In this document: piece by piece, positions 42,520 through 46,759 of the stretch
How the letters are laid out: each line of letters starts with the position of its first letter
Position numbering within the stretch: position 1 is the stretch's first letter
Source of the DNA: Spirogloea muscicola
Taxonomy: Eukaryota
Assembly: GCA_009602725.1 (NCBI GenBank)
Contig: WELB01000014.1
Span: 603,555-650,313 of the forward strand
DNA: 46,759 nt
Reading direction: 5' to 3'
The notes under the pieces: model-generated
The model's database searches: none
Told to the model about the DNA's origin: nothing
The model's input: the letters and a program-made list of their open reading frames with translations, nothing else
Position numbers and translations under genes: made by a program

Positions 42520-42860
42520 TACCTCGTCTGCTACTTCTGCTGCAAATTACTCCAACTTGCGGCTGGTAGCTAAGCTCCCGTTTGCTGTAGTCTCTTGCAT
42601 TGCTCTGTGCTTTTGCCGCCTTTCGACCGTTTTCAGCTTCTTTCGAACTCCCTAGGCACGACGTGCAGATGTGCACGATGCGCAAATGTTTTCCGACTGA
42701 GATGGGCCTGCCAGCTGCATATCTGTCGTTCTTGCGGCGACACATTTTGGCCTGTTTGCAGCGTGCTCAGGCTGATGCTTTGCACCGGAATGCTGGGCGA
42801 GATCTAGATGTGCCTTTGTGCTTGGCCATTTGGCCTTTGTTTGTTTCAAATACACAAAGA
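42520..42860 (+). mobile_element. Two tandem decayed RLE retroelement C-terminal/3' fragments
   Basis: AANYSNLRLVAK (~42538-42573), then SFLRRHILACLQRAQADALHRNAGR (~42725-42800), homologous to YRVRLAVLLQRSMARALHQRAG at 24507-24572. The following gtgcctttgtgcttggcc resembles the 3' UTR at 16255-16280 and 26890-26912. Confidence 0.65.
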
Positions 42861-44192
42861 TTTTCCAAGGCGGCCAGGCTGGCTGCTCCTTGACCCTGCC
42901 AAACGTTTGCCTCTCAGCATCCGCATTCTAATATTTGACTACCTGATCACTCTCAGTACGACCTGACCAAGAACAAACCCAAGCAGTGTAGACTCAACTG
43001 CCAAATTACTCTGATGTTAGCCAAAACTAGAGAACAGGATCGGGCTTTGACATTCTGGCCATCTCTTTAAGGTCACTCGCAAATCCGAGTACTGGCAGCA
43101 AACGTTGGACTTAGCCACAGGTGTCGGTCGCAGCTCATTTGAGCAAAGAATCCTAGGTAGTAGGTCCGTTGCCGGAGCAGCTCAGCCGGAAAGAATGTGG
43201 GAGCAGCCAAAGTCTAATCAGCCTATTCGACACTGGAAGACCGAAAGTGGCGGCGGTGGCGGCGCCGGGAGGACGGCGGGGCGGGCGGGACTTGATCGAG
43301 GCACTGATCACGCCGCTGTGGCCGGCGGCAGGGGTAGCGCGCATGATCATGCCTAATCATGCTCGGCAGCTCGCCCCCTCCTCCAGGCTCCGGCTGGCCG
43401 ACCGGGGCCGGCTAACCGCACTAAGGCGGCATGCTCGGGCCCCGAGGGCGACAACTGTGCGCCGCCTGGCTGGACTCCATATGCCAACAAGGCCTTCTCT
43501 GCCGCACTCTACGCAGCCCGACTCCTACGCCATTGTGGACGTCACTATGTTTACGCACACTACAAGAGGCACACTACAGGGGTTAATATGACTGTAAGGG
43601 AATCTGATTCTATATACTGCCCGCAGATACTGGTATTGGCCTTTGGCTTGGTGTGGTAGCTTGTCCGGTGCTGGCCATGAAAGCTAGCCACTGTCAAGAT
43701 CAGATACAAAGACAATATCAGACACAAAGTCAAGCAGGAGCAGCCCCTGAGCATCAGCGTCAGCGCCAGTGCCAGGGCCAGTGATCAGGACCAGCACTGG
43801 CAAACGCACAGGCTACACAAAGAGGCAGTGGCAAAATGCAAGGCAGAGGCAAAATTAGAAGGCAGGTTGGAAGCGGCGGCGAAGCAGCCGCTGAGCGCGT
43901 GGCGTCCTCACCACCGATGCCCGCGGGCATGTGCCCTTCTCGCACTGGGAGGCTGGCCTGGCTGCCAGTCCTCACCTGAAAGCGCCTCGAACATGCCCTC
44001 CTAGCGCAGGCCAGATGAAGAGCGCAAGGAGAAGCAGGCAACCTGGGGCTGCTGTCGCATCTCTGCACCGCCGGTTCTCTCATGGAGCCATGGAAAGCAT
44101 TCTGAGCAGCATCTGAGAAGCTGGTGCAGCAATGGTGGAGGGGTGCAGCCCACAAGCGGCAACCTTGGAGATGCTCACAAGGAGCAAGGCAG

Positions 44193-46388
44193 CTAGTGAT
44201 CCCCCATCCGGAGCCGCTTTGAGGTGGTGTCATCCTCTGGCCCGTCCTGCCACTCAGGCCGCTGTGCCGCGGTCGTCGAGGGCGCCAGCGGGTCCGCCTC
44301 GTCCGCCCGCGCCGTGCCAAGGCTGAAGTCGAGCTGCAGATCCGACTTGCGCTTGCCAGGGGTGGACGACGCCGGGGGCTGGTGCAGCAGGAGGCCCCCT
44401 GGCGTTGGTGGGCTGCCCACCTCTGCGAGCGTCGCTGCACCACTGCCGCCCTGCCTCGCTGCCGCAGCCGCTGCCGCCGAACGTACCGACGCTTCCAGGA
44501 AGAAGTCAGTCTCAGTGCCCCGACCTTGGCCCCGCACAGCCCCAGCAGTGCCCTCTGATGTTGTGGCAGCCGCTGCTGCTGGAACCACTGTGTCACCGGA
44601 CGCTCTTTGACTAGTGGCTGGCTGGAGGCCCTCTTTGTACGCCTGCGAATAGCCGCCGGCCTGGGCCGCGCCGCCGCGGCCGCCGCCAATGGCTGGCACG
44701 CCACCGCCGTAGCCTCGCATGACTCCTCCGTCACCGGGCCTCAGCGTCGCAGCGCCGCTGGCATCTTGCCGCAGCGGCGCGAAGACCTCTGAGAGTGACG
44801 CCAGCTGACTGGCGAGGAGCCCACCGGCCTGCTGCTGGGAGGTTGTCCCGCCACCATCGCCGCCGCCCCCGCTGCCACCTCGCAGGAGGCCTGGCGATGC
44901 CAGCGCCTGAAACAGAAGCTCGTGCGCGAGCAATGGCGAAAGCGGTCCCCCGCCGTGGGGGCTGCTGCTGCCAACGCCGCTGGCCCGGGACAGGGACATC
45001 AGGCTGCCAGAGCCGCCACTGGCGGGGCTGACGCTGGCGGTGAGCTGGTGCTGCGTCAGCGGCGGCAGCGGCCGCAGATGGAGCTGCTGCTGCTGCATCG
45101 GCAGGGGTGCCTGCTGCAGCTGCTGGGGGTCCTGGCGATGACTGCCGCCCCCAAAAGCGGCAGGATGCCGGAAGTAGTCGCCGGGAGTCGTGGCACCAGG
45201 AGCTGGATAGGAGGGTGGGGAGAGGAGGTTGGGCAGCGTCGGGGACGTGAAGATGGACGAAGGAATGCCAAAGCTTGGCGACGACAGCGGCGACGTCTGC
45301 ACCGCTAGCGAGGGCAATGCGGACAGCTGCAGCGACGGTGGCCGCGGGAGGCCACCGCCGCGGCCGCCGCCACCGCTGGCAGACTGGAATGTCGCAGCCG
45401 CGGCAGAGTCTGCACTGCCGCTGCCGGCGGTGCCGGTCACCCCGCCGCCGCCCAACGAGCCAAGCGGCGACTGCGACTGGGCCAGCGCTTGGTACGCTTG
45501 CAGCTGCTTGATGAGGTCCGGCATTTGCGAGAAGGCGGCCAGGCTCCCCGCCACATCCGTGGCGAGTCTCGGCGCCAGCGGCGGCAGGCGAGGCGAGGGG
45601 AGCGCTGCAGCCGGTGCTGCCGCCATGGCCGCCGCAGCTGTCGCTGCCCTGGCGGCTACCTGGCCCGGAAGATGGCCCGCGGACAGCAGAGCCAGCGTAG
45701 CAGCCGGCCGCTGCAGCGGCGGCGCGGCTGCCACTTCAACCGTGTACTCGACGAGGATCTGGAAGTGGAAGCGCACGTGGCCGAGCAGCTTGCCGCTGCG
45801 GCGTAGCACCGCCTGATTTATGGCCAGGTCGCCGGTGGCATAGACGGGCGAAAGGTCGACCTTGCACGACCCGATGAACTTGTCGGGCCCGCCGCCGCTC
45901 TCCGGTTTGTCCCAGATCTCCACCTCCAGCTCCTGCGCAACCCCGCAGCGCCGCGCCGCCGCACGCCAGTCAGCAACCAACAACACGCTGATCGATCGTC
46001 CACGACCCTTGTGAGCTATGCATGCGCCAGACCATCGCTGCTTTGCCACGTAGCCACAGCTGTCACTGGGCGAGGTACGGCGCTGGCATGGCTAGAGCGC
46101 CGACCAGGTGGCACTGCACTCGAAGCTCAGCGCCCATCGAAAGAGCTTAGCTCGCCGAGCGCTCAGCGGCAGCGGCATCGTCAGAGACGACGATCTCCGA
46201 CGGCCGCAGAATTTGGGCTACGGCGCTCACCTGCGGGCAGGGGTCCTCGGGCAGCATGCACTGGAAGCGGTGGTTCCAGACCGGTCGGGCGCCAGCCTGC
46301 CAGTGAGCGGCCCGACGCCGGCGTCAGCGGCGTCAGAGGCTGACGGGAGTGACGGGGAAAGACACCTCGGCAGAGCGAGCGCCATGGC

Positions 46389-46423
<35 letters not shown>

Positions 46424-46567
46424 AGCGGCAACCTGGGTGCTTGAGTTGGTGCTGAACTCGGCGTCGCCGAGGCGCAGGACGGCGTAGGGGTCCTGGCGGT
46501 TGGTGGAGCGGCTCTCCTTGAGCGCCGCCGTGGACCCGACCGTGACCTCCAGCATGCGCGCCGGCAT
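44193..46567 (-). CDS. N-terminal C2-domain protein with long low-complexity C-terminus (3 exons)
   Basis: MPARMLEVTVGS..RQDPYAVLRLG..STQ / AGARPVWNHRFQCMLPEDPCPQ (~46296-46231) / ELEVEIWDK..DKFIGSCKVDLSPV..GKLLGHVRFHF gives a complete C2 fold pattern. The last exon is open to the stop at 44195-44193. Confidence 0.85.
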
Positions 46568-46635
46568 GGCGGCGCGGCGCGGCGGGCGGCGGCCCCCAGG
46601 ACCATCACCGGCGGCCCAGGCCGCGGGCGCCGCCC

Positions 46636-46759
<124 letters not shown>

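Noticed and set aside
43400..43590. Possible RLE relic (AIVDVT motif)
   Set aside because: Only one short motif, with no supporting knuckle, KxxKY or terminal module.

Overview
Eukaryotic, intron-rich nuclear DNA from a draft assembly (N gaps and poly-A/T/G runs sit in the most GC-rich stretches). Plant-type gene content and architecture suggest a streptophyte alga or other non-seed streptophyte (inference). Nine probable protein-coding genes, in order: class IV PLP aminotransferase-like (-), RIC1 (+), a short coiled-coil fragment (-), BAG6/CIP73-like ubiquitin-domain gene (-), BIC (blue-light inhibitor of cryptochromes)-like gene (+), COQ2/PPT1 (-), a divergent RbfA (+), a KDM4/JMJD2-type demethylase with a CW finger (-) and a C2-domain protein (-). 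Most intergenic spacers hold stacked, 5'-truncated 3' ends of a diverged family of CRE-like non-LTR retrotransposons with a restriction-like endonuclease (RLE). These share a C-terminal S(D/N)LxLLxRx(Y/C)* motif and a conserved 3' hairpin; one copy retains a recognisable zinc-knuckle/RLE domain. Highlights: the apparently self-targeting retroelement stacks, a BIC-like gene with a G-box upstream, and an animal/fungal-type KDM4 fused to a CW finger. All homology calls come from recalled motifs, not database searches.
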